A stretch of 44,742 nt of DNA from a virus (IMGVR_UViG_3300037870_000089:1-44742); one strand, 5' to 3'. Shown: positions 20,021 to 31,856, counted from the first letter of the stretch. A program made the numbers and translations. The notes: a model not told the origin generated them from the sequence alone.

Positions 20021-22677
20021 CAATAAGCACCCTAAAACTGAGTCGTATTAGTCTAGATTCTTTAGACAGACTCTATGAGGACCCTCAAGCGGTCGAAAAG
20101 GCAATGGATGCCTACATTAAGCCAACCGTAGAGGCTGACCTCACAACTGGAAAGCAGTTAAGGGAGCAAGCGAAGACCATTGGCTCCCTAAAGGATTTCA
20201 TTGCTGACGCTGTCCCACAAGCCATAGACACTATGGCTGAACAGGGCAGAGAGGATGCCTTTAAGGCATGGCAATTAAGGACACCAGAGCTAGAGAAGCA
20301 GTACCGTAAGGATGTAAAGAATAATTCTATATTTGCTAGTGCGTCACCGTTCTTCAATGCGGGGCTTGAACGCATGATGGCAGTACAGGACGCTGAAGAA
20401 TATCAGCTATCGTTTGGAGCTAAGTTAAAGGAAGCCCGCCAAGAAGAAGGAACCTCTTTCGACTTCAGTAAGTTCTCTAGGGAACACATGCATGAGTTCC
20501 AGACGAGTCGTGGAATCACGGAATACAGCCAACCCAGTTACCTCACATTTGCGAAGGGTGTACAAAATGTACACAATGCCGCTATAGCTGAAGAGGCAGA
20601 TGTACGAGAACGACAAGTGCTACAGAAGGCAGACGATGCCTTTGGGTCTGTAATTCGTTCATTCGCTCAGGTTGCTACCGAGAGTAGTGCGGTGGGCATG
20701 AATGCGGCAATCAAAAAGTTCTATACCGATACTGGTCGCAACCCGCAAGATGCATTAGCCATTATTAAGCAAGAAATGGGGCACCTTTATAGTCAGGCGT
20801 TTGTTGCGGAGGACGGGGACCCTGAACGGTTCATCAAGGTTATGGGTGGTATTACCACTGGACGGAAGGGGGAGAACGGAAAGATGGTCACCTTTTCTGA
20901 AGATGTGGGAGCATTTGCCATATGGAGCAACGGGGCAAGAGCAAATGGTGCCTCCATAGCTCACCAGAGACTAACCCAAATGGGCATTCTGTATGAGCAA
21001 CAAAAAGCCAAGACCTTTAGGACATACCGAGAGAATCAGGCAAAAAATCCTAATTGGATACAAACAGATGAAGGGCGGGCATTCTATAACGAACACGTTA
21101 AGCAGTTTGAGGGTGATGGAGACAAGAGTACCGATTACTTTTATCAAACGGTAACTAATGAGTTGAACGGGACCTCCATGACTACTGATGAGTACAATCT
21201 TGCCATCAGGTATATAGAGGCAAACGGGCTTAATAATGCAGAGGGGCAAGACTACTTGGTTGAGAGGCGGGCAACAGCCGCACAACTCCACACATATGAT
21301 GGCAGAAAGCAGTTGCGTAGAGATACAGTAATCAGTGTACCAGAGTTCAAAACCCATGACGATGCGAGAACGGTATTTCGGGAGGATGCCTCCTCTACAT
21401 TATCGGGACGACTCCTCCCTCCACCACACCACAAGATACCACAACAGGTACGATGGAACATAACAGATAAGCACGAAGACATACTGCAAGACACGATTTC
21501 CTCCATCTTATCTAACCCCGATATTGATAATGCGGAACGCAGAAACCAAGTAAAGGTAGCATCAGTTAAATATGTAGAGGATGTGCAAAACGAGTTTGAT
21601 GCAATCGTTGATGAGGCTAACGCCAAACAGGAGGCTATTAAGCTAAGTAAGGAACAGAAAGATACCCTAGATAGAAAGATGAGTGAGGAGGGTGCGGATG
21701 TGTCTATGGTGTTTGCAGACAATCAACATGTAGTACAGGCTAGGGACATGATAAGCACTTGGTCAAGAACAAAGGAAGCTAAAGGCGGGGCTGAAATGCC
21801 CACTGACTTACGGAGGAAGCTGTATGGACTGCTCAAAAAGAAGGGTGGAAAGCTACGCACCATATCCGATATGTTTGACATACCGATGACTGATGCAAAC
21901 ATGCCAACATTGGTAGCCAAAATGGCACAAGTAGAATCATATGTTAATGAGAGGCTTATAGCGAGTGGAGCCAACGGGTTACCTAAACGAGAACCGTTAG
22001 TGATTGAGGCAGAAGAATCATTGAGGCGGGTAACAACAGAGGCACCAAAAGTAGTACAAGAGGCACCAGAAGAGGCACCAGAAGTCATAAGGGACGCTAA
22101 ACCTAAATTCACCAACAGCACTGAGGCTTCTGAGCCTACGCCTATAGCTGAACCTACATATGATGTAGCCACTATATATAATGGTGGGACAGATGCCCAA
22201 TTAGCTACATACCGTGAGCGGCTTGAAACAGCTAAGAATGCTAAATTGAATAGTACCCAGAAAAAGAATGTAGAGGGGTTGGAGCATCTTATGGCAGGGA
22301 CAGGACGTAAGGTATTTGCTAGGGAGGCAAACGCAGTCAAAGGATTTGATTGGGAGCAAGCCACAGTCGATATGCGTAACATATATGGGGTAGAGTCCTC
22401 ATTCGGAGTAGCCAAAGACTTAGCTAACCCTAGCGGTGCTACAGGGGTTATGCAAGTGAAGGTATCCACATTCCAAGACCTTATAAAAAATGGGGTATTG
22501 GGGGCTGAATACGCCTATGCGGCTGACCTTGACTTGGGGCAACTACACAACATATCTGATAAGGATGCTAAATGGATTCTTTCTAGTAACAACAGGGCTA
22601 ACATGTTAGCCGCATTAGGTAAGTATGTCTCTACCAGACAGCACATACAAGACCAAAAGGAAAAAATAGATGAGTAA
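20017..22677 (+). CDS. internal virion protein (gp15-like) with C-terminal lysozyme/SLT-like domain
   Basis: 886 aa in gp15 position; IYGVESSFG...SGATGVMQV...TF near the C-terminus. Confidence 0.72.
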   Translation: MTISTLKLSRISLDSLDRLYEDPQAVEKAMDAYIKPTVEADLTTGKQLREQAKTIGSLKDFIADAVPQAIDTMAEQGREDAFKAWQLRTPELEKQYRKDVKNNSIFASASPFFNAGLERMMAVQDAEEYQLSFGAKLKEARQEEGTSFDFSKFSREHMHEFQTSRGITEYSQPSYLTFAKGVQNVHNAAIAEEADVRERQVLQKADDAFGSVIRSFAQVATESSAVGMNAAIKKFYTDTGRNPQDALAIIKQEMGHLYSQAFVAEDGDPERFIKVMGGITTGRKGENGKMVTFSEDVGAFAIWSNGARANGASIAHQRLTQMGILYEQQKAKTFRTYRENQAKNPNWIQTDEGRAFYNEHVKQFEGDGDKSTDYFYQTVTNELNGTSMTTDEYNLAIRYIEANGLNNAEGQDYLVERRATAAQLHTYDGRKQLRRDTVISVPEFKTHDDARTVFREDASSTLSGRLLPPPHHKIPQQVRWNITDKHEDILQDTISSILSNPDIDNAERRNQVKVASVKYVEDVQNEFDAIVDEANAKQEAIKLSKEQKDTLDRKMSEEGADVSMVFADNQHVVQARDMISTWSRTKEAKGGAEMPTDLRRKLYGLLKKKGGKLRTISDMFDIPMTDANMPTLVAKMAQVESYVNERLIASGANGLPKREPLVIEAEESLRRVTTEAPKVVQEAPEEAPEVIRDAKPKFTNSTEASEPTPIAEPTYDVATIYNGGTDAQLATYRERLETAKNAKLNSTQKKNVEGLEHLMAGTGRKVFAREANAVKGFDWEQATVDMRNIYGVESSFGVAKDLANPSGATGVMQVKVSTFQDLIKNGVLGAEYAYAADLDLGQLHNISDKDAKWILSSNNRANMLAALGKYVSTRQHIQDQKEKIDE

Positions 22678-24058
22678 TGATGATGTACCTCTATCTGATG
22701 AAGAGCTTACCAACTTCTTCCGCTCCACTCAGCCTGAACATCTTGCTTATGAGCAATTATTGGCAGATGAGAAGGGTGTAGCGGGAACCATAGGTGACGT
22801 AGGCAAGGGGCTTCTACATGGAGCCACAGATGCCATAGACGAAACCATACAGTTTGCGGCTAGTATCCCTGACTTTGCTGTTGAATCGTTAGGGGGAGAC
22901 TTAATAGATGACTCGTTCTACCGACAGGAATTGTTGTCAAGTTTCGTGCCAAGACCAGTAACAGCAACAGGAAAGTTTGTAGAGGATATAGCCCAATTTG
23001 GTTTTGGGATGTTGGGTGCGTCCAAGTTTAGGAAGGCGGCACAATTAATGAAACCATCCCTTAAGAAAGCGGCAAAGGGGGGCTTAAATGCGAAGGGGCA
23101 CACCCTTAAAAATGTAGCCGCACTTAAGGGTGGGAAGGTAGTCAAAGCCCTTGACACCAAAGGGGCATCTAATATCAAGAAATGGGGGTTGGGTGCGTTC
23201 GATTCCGCCACAGCATCCCTAATTGTACAGGACCCATATCAGGATACGTTAGCCGAAATAATGCAAAAGACACCTGCCCTAGCAAACTGGGGTGCTGAGG
23301 TACTAGCCAACAAGGTAGATGACACTGAGGCGGAGCGTAGACTCAATAATGTACTTGAGGACATGGGGCTTTCCGCTACGCTAGGCGTGGCAGGGATGGG
23401 CATCAAGGCGTTGATGAAGGTGCTTAGAGGGACCCCTGTAGATGCGGATGGTTTGATAAGCGAAGAGTTAAGGGGAGCGGCAGACAATGCCCTCCTTGAG
23501 AAACAACACGCTACCGACCTTGACACATGGGTGGGGACACACGCTGATACTACAGCAGGTGGCAGAATACAGGCAGTTATGTCTGCATCTCAAATGAGGC
23601 AACCACTAAATGAGTTCCTTCGTTCTATGGGAAACAGTTCTCAATCACGGGAAGAGTTGCTGAACATAGCGAGGGTGGTGGACCCCGTAAGTTATAATTT
23701 GCTGAAGAAGGCGGATTATATCAAGAACGTAAGTAAGATTGAGGGTAAGGGTAAGCCCCACCTCACTCTAAAGCAACCAGAAATAGAGGCGGCACACGAC
23801 AAAATCTATGCCAGTATAGCTGAGAGGTTAGATAACAATGTAAACGGGCTAATAGCAAAGGGTGAGATGGACGAAGCGTTCCAGTATCTTAAGGGTATAG
23901 ACGGACGTATAGACAAGAGCTTGCCTGATAATGTTGGTGAGGTGTTGGTAGATGCGGCTAATGCAACAAAGACAGTGGACGCAAAAGTTATGAAAGAAGT
24001 AGATGTTGATGAGAAGGCGTGGAACGATTTTGAAACTTGTATGATGGGGGAAAAGTAG
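22670..24058 (+). CDS. internal virion protein (N-terminal gp16-like part)
   Basis: Gly/Ala-rich hydrophobic segments; DDTEAERRLNNVLED.G motif; synteny. Confidence 0.7.
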   Translation: MSNDDVPLSDEELTNFFRSTQPEHLAYEQLLADEKGVAGTIGDVGKGLLHGATDAIDETIQFAASIPDFAVESLGGDLIDDSFYRQELLSSFVPRPVTATGKFVEDIAQFGFGMLGASKFRKAAQLMKPSLKKAAKGGLNAKGHTLKNVAALKGGKVVKALDTKGASNIKKWGLGAFDSATASLIVQDPYQDTLAEIMQKTPALANWGAEVLANKVDDTEAERRLNNVLEDMGLSATLGVAGMGIKALMKVLRGTPVDADGLISEELRGAADNALLEKQHATDLDTWVGTHADTTAGGRIQAVMSASQMRQPLNEFLRSMGNSSQSREELLNIARVVDPVSYNLLKKADYIKNVSKIEGKGKPHLTLKQPEIEAAHDKIYASIAERLDNNVNGLIAKGEMDEAFQYLKGIDGRIDKSLPDNVGEVLVDAANATKTVDAKVMKEVDVDEKAWNDFETCMMGEK

Positions 24059-26944
24059 ATGGGAAATAAATGTACACTGTCCCTAACCCCTGCACAGCTA
24101 AAGCAGTTCAAGGCACTTAGCAAGCAATACAACGGGGACACTCCAAAAGTTATGGAGGAAATCAGACGGGGGCTTGCCGAGAGGCGTAAGCAAGCAACAG
24201 GTTCAGGCACCCCCGCAGGACCGAAGGGTGAGCCACCCACAGCCAAGAATAAGTGGATAGAAGACCTACCCCCTAGTGCTATAGCGTCTGTTCAGAAGGG
24301 AGTCATGAAGGCAAAAAACGATAAGAAGTTGGAGGGGTCTGCTTTACTAGAGGAGTTTCAAGCCATTATATTGAGGGCAAGTAAGGGGTTGAGTGCCCGA
24401 TACTGGGATGCTCCTGAAGTCGAAAAGGCAATCATGGAACACCTTCAGTTCAACGTACTTAAGCCAGTGCTTGACGGGTTGCGTAAAGACGGTCTTGATA
24501 TAATGAGTAATGAGGTGGTAATTGCCAACCTAACTGCCAAAATGGCGGCATTAAGGGGGGTATCTACCGATGAAATGGCTAACATTATGCAACAGCATAC
24601 ATCCGACCTTTATGAGGGAGGGCTGATGTTGATGTCAATGGAGATTAGGCTAAAAGACCATAACCTCCAAACCATATCCACAATGAATGCACTACAGACA
24701 GCCAAACAAGGCACTAACCCTGCACTCACTGAGAAGTTGACCGCTAAATTCCTTTCTCAAGTTGCCGATATGGCACGTTATACTCAGGCGGCATATGGAT
24801 TCCAGACTGCTTCAGGACGGGTGTTGCAACAGCAACGATTAGCTCAGTCTAGCGTTGACATGATGTCAAGCAAAGAGATAAAAACCATTTTGGATGCGGT
24901 CAATACCAACCCTGATAAGGCGGCAAAGAAGGTAGACAGTCTTATCGAGAATTACAGTAGGGCACAGGGTGACATCCAAGCACAAGCTAAGATTGCCAAA
25001 GCATTCTTTGAGTACAAAGGAGTCGAGAAGTTCATGGCATCCATGCTTGAAGCGTGGAGAGGCATGTTATTGCTATCTTGGACAACCAATGTGGTCAATA
25101 TGGCTAGTGGTGTAGGGGAAACATTCCTCATACCCGTTGAGCGTATGCTTGGTGCCTCCCCTCTCCACTTCAGGAACGTACAGTTCAAGGATGGAGGACT
25201 CAGTTGGGACCCTGCGGCTAAACAGGCTTACGATGAAGCATGGCATCACATCCTAAATTTGCGTGAAGGATTCAGTCATGCCACAACAGCCGCATGGTAT
25301 GCCCTTAAGCATGAGAGACAAGCATTAGACCCATATAAGGGTGCGATGATTGAGTTACCCAGTAAGGGTATAGATGGAATGAGTCATGCAGAGATGATGG
25401 GGTCTAGTCCCCACCAACTAACAAGGGACAATTGGAAACTAAAGGGACCACTTGGCACAATGATGGACAGTCTTGGTAAAGGATTCAGAATGTCGTTCCG
25501 CTTTCTAGGGGCACAAGATGAGTTACTTAAACAAACCTCGTACTGGGCTAGTCTAAAAGCTAAGTATCATAGGCAAGCCATGACTGATGTCAACGGTGGT
25601 TCTATATCAAGGATAGATGCACTTGCCCGTGTTGAAAACCAGATGAAGAACCACTTTCAGAAAGATGGGTTTACTCCAAAAATAGGTAAAGATGGCAACT
25701 TAGAGACTGATGCAGAGGCATTACTTCTAGCACAAGACATTACCCACACTAAACCCGCATGGGATAACACTATTGTTAGCGGTATGCAGAAAGCGGTACA
25801 CCACAACCCTGCATTAGGCTTGTTTATGCCCTTTATTCGGACACCATCCGATTTAATAAACAAAGCATACCAACGCACTCCCCTTATTGGATACTTTAGT
25901 AAACGGGTTCAGGAAGACCTTAAGCATGCTGACCCAGTTAGACGGGCACAGGCTAGGGGTAGGCAAATGGTAGGGACTGCGGTTACATTAGGTGGTCTGG
26001 TGTTTGCCCAAGAGGGCAAGCTAACAGGACGAGGACCTGATGAACCAACAGCCAACAAGATATGGAGGCAAACACACCAACCCAACTCAATTATGGTGGG
26101 TGATAAGTGGGTTTCCTACAATAAGGCAGACCCAGTGGGTATGTTGTTAGGCGTTATAGCTAATGCTAGTGAAGCGGCTAATAACCAAGCACTAACTGAA
26201 GGTACTGATGCAGGTGATGTGGTAGGAGCGTTAGTTCTAGCGGTCACTGCAACTATTGGTGATAAGTCTAGTTTGCGTGGAATGGTGAATCTAACCACCC
26301 TCTTCTCCAATCAAATCATAGGTAAGGATGAGGCAGTACACAACGTGCTAGAGGACCATGTAGCGTCTTGGGTACCCTCTATACTGAGCCAAACGAAAGG
26401 TGCATTTGAGGACACCACTTATATTAAAGAGGCAGATGGATTCATCGAGAAACTGATGCGGAAATCCCCGTACCATATGGGTGAGTTAGAGGACCGATAC
26501 AACTGGATTACAGGGGAACGAGATGCCCTACCATTAGCCAACTCTTGGGGACTACCAATTACGCCAAAAGAGAGCGATTGGATACTACAAGAAATGGGGA
26601 ATCTACGACATGGATTCCGTGGTCCTACACGCTCATTTGATGGTGTTCAGCTAACCTCTAAACAGTATGCCGATTGGTGTAACTATATGGGCAATACAGA
26701 GCTTGAGGGCAAGACTATGCTTGAAGCACTAGGGGAGTTAATGGGGAGTCAACTATACGACTATGACCCCCAACGAGTCTACTTTAAAGAAGCCGCAGGT
26801 ACGCAAGAACCTGTTCAGGTACAAATGGTAAAAATAATAATGCAACGATATAAATCTGCGGCAAAGCAAAGGGTACTACTTGAGAACCCACAACTTAACC
26901 CTAGACCTATAGACGACTTATCTGCCCTAATAGGAGGGAACTAA
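24059..26944 (+). CDS. internal virion protein (C-terminal gp16-like part)
   Basis: RFLGAQDELLK, PFIRTP, LTGRGP, WVSY...DP motifs of large ejection proteins. Confidence 0.8.
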   Translation: MGNKCTLSLTPAQLKQFKALSKQYNGDTPKVMEEIRRGLAERRKQATGSGTPAGPKGEPPTAKNKWIEDLPPSAIASVQKGVMKAKNDKKLEGSALLEEFQAIILRASKGLSARYWDAPEVEKAIMEHLQFNVLKPVLDGLRKDGLDIMSNEVVIANLTAKMAALRGVSTDEMANIMQQHTSDLYEGGLMLMSMEIRLKDHNLQTISTMNALQTAKQGTNPALTEKLTAKFLSQVADMARYTQAAYGFQTASGRVLQQQRLAQSSVDMMSSKEIKTILDAVNTNPDKAAKKVDSLIENYSRAQGDIQAQAKIAKAFFEYKGVEKFMASMLEAWRGMLLLSWTTNVVNMASGVGETFLIPVERMLGASPLHFRNVQFKDGGLSWDPAAKQAYDEAWHHILNLREGFSHATTAAWYALKHERQALDPYKGAMIELPSKGIDGMSHAEMMGSSPHQLTRDNWKLKGPLGTMMDSLGKGFRMSFRFLGAQDELLKQTSYWASLKAKYHRQAMTDVNGGSISRIDALARVENQMKNHFQKDGFTPKIGKDGNLETDAEALLLAQDITHTKPAWDNTIVSGMQKAVHHNPALGLFMPFIRTPSDLINKAYQRTPLIGYFSKRVQEDLKHADPVRRAQARGRQMVGTAVTLGGLVFAQEGKLTGRGPDEPTANKIWRQTHQPNSIMVGDKWVSYNKADPVGMLLGVIANASEAANNQALTEGTDAGDVVGALVLAVTATIGDKSSLRGMVNLTTLFSNQIIGKDEAVHNVLEDHVASWVPSILSQTKGAFEDTTYIKEADGFIEKLMRKSPYHMGELEDRYNWITGERDALPLANSWGLPITPKESDWILQEMGNLRHGFRGPTRSFDGVQLTSKQYADWCNYMGNTELEGKTMLEALGELMGSQLYDYDPQRVYFKEAAGTQEPVQVQMVKIIMQRYKSAAKQRVLLENPQLNPRPIDDLSALIGGN

Positions 26945-28978
26945 ATGAGCCACACAATACACGAAGTAGTAGTTTCGGACACAACTATCCGTAACTATGA
27001 CTTCCCCTTTGATTTCATAAAACCAGAGGATATAACGGTTAGCCACAATGGGGTGGTCACACCTTATGGGGAGTCCAGTACGTCCTTCACAATCCTAAAT
27101 GGGTCTACTGTTGTACTGGGGGCAGAGGTAGCTCTAGACACATCCACCCCCCTTTATATTACTAGAAGGACAGAGGACACAGTAAGGGCAGTTGATTTCC
27201 AAGCGGGTGCCATGCTTACGGAAGCAGACTTAGACACCTCTGCAAAACAAGCATTCTTTCTGGCGGCAGAAGCCAGAGATGTAGCTGATGATGCAATGGG
27301 TGTCGATACAGTAACTACAACATGGGATGCAAAAAATAAAGCCCTAACTGGTCTAGCCAGTAGTGGTGAGTCTGATGCCGCTATGACAGTTGGATATGTT
27401 GAAGAGAAATATCCGACCATTGCGAGTGTAGGTGACTCTATTGATGCAGTCAACGATGTGTTCAATAACATGGCAACTATCGTTGAAACAGCAAGACGAG
27501 AAGGGGGAGCCTCACTGACTGCCCCAACCTCCCCATTAAAAGGAGACTTATGGTTCGACCTCAACACTGATGTTCAAAAGGTGTGGAATGGTACCCAATG
27601 GATAAGCAATTTCATTGATACAAAACGGTACTTTATTAAGGTTGGAACCGCAGACACTGAGTTTGGCACTGGCTATGATGGGGTGAGTGATGTTACTTTC
27701 CCTGTAGTTCATGATGTGGGTTATGTAGATGTATATCTGAATGGTATACACTTGGAGCCACCATCTTCCTCTTTTGCTCACGCATATACGGAAACAGCCA
27801 CCTCTATTACGCTATCTAACCCTGCGTCTGCAAACAGCACCCTGATTATTGTTGCCCAAAAGATAACATCTTCGGCAGGTGTTGGTGGGGCAGTGTTAGG
27901 AACGGAATGGGTCGATGAAAGAGACAGTTACAAGAAGTGGCTAGACAACTTCATGACTCGTTATCCTCTTTGGAGTACAGGCTCATACAATACTCAGGGG
28001 TGGCTAAACAGCAACCCTCATCCCACTACTGGTGCAATACCCACCCTATGGGATATGGCTACTAACTGGGGCACAGAAGTCAACCGATGGGAACTAAGAA
28101 AACAGACCAACTTCACCTACGCTAACGCTCTGAATTGTAGGTTTAGTTCATTCCTTGCGGATGGTGCAAAACATAGGGCTGTCATGAACTATGTAGATGG
28201 GGATATTACATATACCAACTCATTAGACTACTTCTTTGACCCCACCGACACTACCCAATATGGTGACGCTTATTCGGAGCAGAACCATGTGGAGTACAGT
28301 AAGTCATTGTGGGAACACGAATTTACACCCCCTGCCAACGCTACCCGAATGACGGTATCGTTGCGTGGTGGTGGTGGACATGCGGGATTCGACACACTGG
28401 GTGGGGATGGTGGTATCACCGTTTCGCACCTTCCTGTTGACCCAAATCACACCTATAAGGTGGCACTTGGTAGTGGCGGAGGCTACTGGCATGTGAGTCA
28501 GGGGGGAATGTCTCCGCACTTCAAGGTGGTACAGCCCAACATTTCATATGATACGAACAGTACCGACCCTGTGAGCGGGGCTAGTAGTGCCCGCTCTGAC
28601 ACCTATAAGGTGTGGAGTGACGCACTTACGGGTAATGCTAGGCATGGAGAGACAACTCGACTCTACAAGAAATTAGTTGGGTCTTCCGATTGGGTTGAAA
28701 TTACCGAGGCTAGTGCATCAGGGGGACGCAACGTACAGATGTACAGTCAGGGCGTATACAATAGTGGTGATGTGGCAGGTACAGAGTCTCTTCCATTAGC
28801 TATTGGGGAGGACCTACACCAAACAAAGAGTAAGTTTGATGGAGAGAATAAAGGAGTGGGAGGTACGTCCTTCCCTACACAAGGAGTGTCTTTGCTCTTA
28901 CGAGAGCGTCCATTTGGTACATACACCTCTACCCTTGCTATGGGTGGTATAGGTGCCTGTGGCATTACATGGTATTAG
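26945..28978 (+). CDS. tail fibre with T7 gp17-like N-terminal anchor
   Basis: FPFDFIK..DI.V, ITRRT....AVDF..GA.LTEADLD, WDAKNK; Gly-rich C-terminal domain. Confidence 0.88.
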   Translation: MSHTIHEVVVSDTTIRNYDFPFDFIKPEDITVSHNGVVTPYGESSTSFTILNGSTVVLGAEVALDTSTPLYITRRTEDTVRAVDFQAGAMLTEADLDTSAKQAFFLAAEARDVADDAMGVDTVTTTWDAKNKALTGLASSGESDAAMTVGYVEEKYPTIASVGDSIDAVNDVFNNMATIVETARREGGASLTAPTSPLKGDLWFDLNTDVQKVWNGTQWISNFIDTKRYFIKVGTADTEFGTGYDGVSDVTFPVVHDVGYVDVYLNGIHLEPPSSSFAHAYTETATSITLSNPASANSTLIIVAQKITSSAGVGGAVLGTEWVDERDSYKKWLDNFMTRYPLWSTGSYNTQGWLNSNPHPTTGAIPTLWDMATNWGTEVNRWELRKQTNFTYANALNCRFSSFLADGAKHRAVMNYVDGDITYTNSLDYFFDPTDTTQYGDAYSEQNHVEYSKSLWEHEFTPPANATRMTVSLRGGGGHAGFDTLGGDGGITVSHLPVDPNHTYKVALGSGGGYWHVSQGGMSPHFKVVQPNISYDTNSTDPVSGASSARSDTYKVWSDALTGNARHGETTRLYKKLVGSSDWVEITEASASGGRNVQMYSQGVYNSGDVAGTESLPLAIGEDLHQTKSKFDGENKGVGGTSFPTQGVSLLLRERPFGTYTSTLAMGGIGACGITWY

Positions 28979-28987
28979 GAGAGATTA

Positions 28988-31486
28988 ATGAGCAAGACAA
29001 AAAGTAGGCACATTGCTGACCTCCTCGATGTTAATGGTGATGTGCAGACAGAAAACCTTGACAACCAAGACCCACAGATTGTGGGTCCTGACGGGGCATC
29101 GAGTTATGAGGTCTGGAAAGAGAATGGGAATGTTGGCACTGAGGTTGAGTATTTACAGAGTCTGGTGCCCTCACATTCATGGAGTGGTACTACCCTCACC
29201 TTCACTAAACCAGACGGTACTAACGGCACCCCTACTGACTTAAAGGGAGTAATAGGCAACACAGGTGCCACAGGACCAATAGGTCCTACAGGTGCCACTG
29301 GGGTTGCCCCTGAACACAGTTGGAGCGGCACATCCCTCACCTTTAAAAATCCAGATGGCACTGAGGGGACCCCTGCTAACCTAGTAGGACTCACGGGTCC
29401 TATAGGTCCCACAGGATTAACTGGACCTATAGGTGTGACGGGTAACACTGGTCCTAATGGCACACAACACCTTAGTGTACAGGGGGAGCCTTGGAATAAC
29501 CTACCCACCTCTACCCTAGAAAATGGAAATTCGGGTGATTTCGCATATAACATGACGGGTCAAAAGCTGTACTTAAGGGTAGACCCAGATGCCGCCTTTG
29601 AAGCGGCATGGCTTGCGGCAGGAGGAGGTGCGGGGGCACACCACAACTACTGGGAGTTCTTAACCCGCTTCACTACCGATGTTTATTGGGATGAAACTTG
29701 GCTGTTTGTAAGGGAGAGTGGGGACCTTTCTACCCCTTCAGCAGGAGTAGGCGGCAGCATTCGTGCTAACGGCACTAACCTTAAGGGGGAAACAGGGGAG
29801 GTGGGACCCACAGGCAACACAGGTGCCACAGGTGCCATAGGTCCAACTGGTCCTCAAGGCTCCACTGGTCCCCAAGGAACTACAGGCACTACAGGAACTA
29901 CGGGTGCTGTAGGTCCCACGGGTAACACAGGTCCTACTGGCTCCACAGGACCAATAGGTAATACGGGACCAACTGGTCCTCAAGGAACTACAGGCACTAC
30001 AGGAACTACTGGGGCTGTAGGTCCTCAAGGCGATACAGGTCCTCAAGGCTCTACTGGTCCTCAAGGAACTACAGGAACTACTGGGGCTGTAGGTCCTCAA
30101 GGCGATACAGGTCCTCAAGGCTCTACTGGTCCTCAAGGCGATACAGGTCCTCAAGGAACTACGGGCACTACAGGTGCCATAGGTCCTCAAGGCGATACAG
30201 GTCCTCAAGGCTCCACTGGTCCCCAAGGAACTACAGGCACTACTGGTGCCATAGGTCCTCAAGGCACTACAGGTGCCACTGGTGCCATAGGTCCTCAAGG
30301 CGATACAGGTCCTCAAGGAACTACAGGCACTACAGGTGCCATAGGTCCTCAAGGCAATATAGGTCCTCAAGGCTCTACTGGTCCTCAAGGCTCTACTGGT
30401 CCTCAAGGCAACACCCCAAATTTCACAGGAGGGTGGTCTTACAACACATCCTATAGTGTATTAGACGTAGTCGAAATTAGTGGGGCTAGTTATGTAGCCA
30501 CTACACCTTCACAGGGGTGGGCACCACCCAATACTACCTATTGGGAACTCGTAGCGTCTAAGGGTGCAACAGGCAACACAGGAACTACTGGTGCTATAGG
30601 TCCTCAAGGAACTACGGGTGCCACTGGTGCCATAGGTCCTCAAGGCACCACAGGCACTACTGGTGCCATAGGTCCTCAAGGCGATACAGGTCCACAGGGA
30701 CCCATAGGTAATACGGGACCGACAGGAGACACAGGACCAACAGGACCAACAGGTACCACTGGTGCCACAGGTCCCATAGGAAACACTGGTGCCACAGGTG
30801 CTATAGGTCCCATCGGACCCATAGGAAACACTGGTCCTACTGGTAATACAGGCAGTACGGGTGCCATAGGTCCTCAAGGCGATGTAGGTCCTCAAGGCAA
30901 CACAGGTAATACTGGTGGTGTAGGTGCCACAGGTCCTCAAGGTCCTCAAGGTCCCACAGGTTCCACAGGTTCCACAGGTAGCGTAGGTGCTACGGGTGCT
31001 ACAGGTCCTCAAGGCGATACACCTATTTTTGAAGGACCGTGGCAGTCCTTTATAACCTATAGTGTGTTAGATGTAGTCGAATCTGGCGGGAATAGTTATG
31101 TAGCCAAAATAGCGACACAAGGTGTGACCCCAACCAATACTACCTATTGGGAACTCATAGCGTCTAAGGGTGCGACAGGCAGCACTGGTTCTACGGGTCC
31201 TCAAGGAGCCACTGGTTCTACGGGTCCTCAAGGTCCTATAGGTAATACAGGTTCTACAGGTTCTACAGGTCCTCAAGGTCCTCAAGGCAACACAGGTTCT
31301 ACGGGACCAACTGGTTCTACAGGTGCTATAGGTCCTGATGGTGATTCAGCTTATGAGGTTTGGATTGCGGCAGGAAATAGTGGAACGGAAGCTGACTTCT
31401 TAGCTTCATTAATAGGCTCAAGTGGTGGGGGTGGTGGAGGAGTCTCCACAGGAACAGCCATAGCAATGGCAATAATCTTTGGATAA
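28988..31486 (+). CDS. collagen-like fibre protein
   Basis: Long Gly-X-Y tracts; SYEVW/AYEVW..GN.GTE repeats; two W..Y..LDVV...G.SYVA...NTTYWEL modules; C-terminal AIAMAIIFG. Confidence 0.9.
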   Translation: MSKTKSRHIADLLDVNGDVQTENLDNQDPQIVGPDGASSYEVWKENGNVGTEVEYLQSLVPSHSWSGTTLTFTKPDGTNGTPTDLKGVIGNTGATGPIGPTGATGVAPEHSWSGTSLTFKNPDGTEGTPANLVGLTGPIGPTGLTGPIGVTGNTGPNGTQHLSVQGEPWNNLPTSTLENGNSGDFAYNMTGQKLYLRVDPDAAFEAAWLAAGGGAGAHHNYWEFLTRFTTDVYWDETWLFVRESGDLSTPSAGVGGSIRANGTNLKGETGEVGPTGNTGATGAIGPTGPQGSTGPQGTTGTTGTTGAVGPTGNTGPTGSTGPIGNTGPTGPQGTTGTTGTTGAVGPQGDTGPQGSTGPQGTTGTTGAVGPQGDTGPQGSTGPQGDTGPQGTTGTTGAIGPQGDTGPQGSTGPQGTTGTTGAIGPQGTTGATGAIGPQGDTGPQGTTGTTGAIGPQGNIGPQGSTGPQGSTGPQGNTPNFTGGWSYNTSYSVLDVVEISGASYVATTPSQGWAPPNTTYWELVASKGATGNTGTTGAIGPQGTTGATGAIGPQGTTGTTGAIGPQGDTGPQGPIGNTGPTGDTGPTGPTGTTGATGPIGNTGATGAIGPIGPIGNTGPTGNTGSTGAIGPQGDVGPQGNTGNTGGVGATGPQGPQGPTGSTGSTGSVGATGATGPQGDTPIFEGPWQSFITYSVLDVVESGGNSYVAKIATQGVTPTNTTYWELIASKGATGSTGSTGPQGATGSTGPQGPIGNTGSTGSTGPQGPQGNTGSTGPTGSTGAIGPDGDSAYEVWIAAGNSGTEADFLASLIGSSGGGGGGVSTGTAIAMAIIFG
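29786..31340 (+). repeat. 9-nt-periodic coding repeats (GGTCCTCAA, GGCGATACA etc.) encoding Gly-X-Y
   Basis: Directly visible; boundaries approximate. Confidence 0.9.
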
Positions 31487-31495
31487 GGAAACAAT

Positions 31496-31843
31496 ATGGC
31501 AAACCCTAATATACTAAACCTCTCATCAATAACAGCACACACTATGGCTAGTGCGTTGACCACCTCGCAGACAACGTTGGTGAACAACAACACTAGCAAT
31601 TCTATATACAAAATAAACCACATACGGGCATCAAACAAAGATGGCACTAATACAGCCGATGTTACTGTCCTGCTGTCAGGTTTCTATCTCGCCAAAACAG
31701 TCCCTATTCCTGCCGATGCTGTGTTGGAGATAAGTACCAAGGATAGCTCTTTCTATTTGATGCAGGGGCAGTTCCTTAATGCATACGGAAGTTCGGCAGG
31801 TGACCTTGATATAATGATTTCATACGAAGTGCTGACCACATAA
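31496..31843 (+). CDS. putative virion structural protein (fibre-associated)
   Basis: MANPNILNL...ASNKDGTNTADVTV...ISYE; AAGGA RBS; follows collagen gene. Confidence 0.7.
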   Translation: MANPNILNLSSITAHTMASALTTSQTTLVNNNTSNSIYKINHIRASNKDGTNTADVTVLLSGFYLAKTVPIPADAVLEISTKDSSFYLMQGQFLNAYGSSAGDLDIMISYEVLTT

Positions 31844-31856
31844 TGGGGGGATATTT

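Noticed and set aside
29104-31285. Minus-strand ORFs over the collagen gene, and other long antisense ORFs such as 21723..22469
   Set aside because: Shadows of codon periodicity in + strand genes, with no RBS or family motifs
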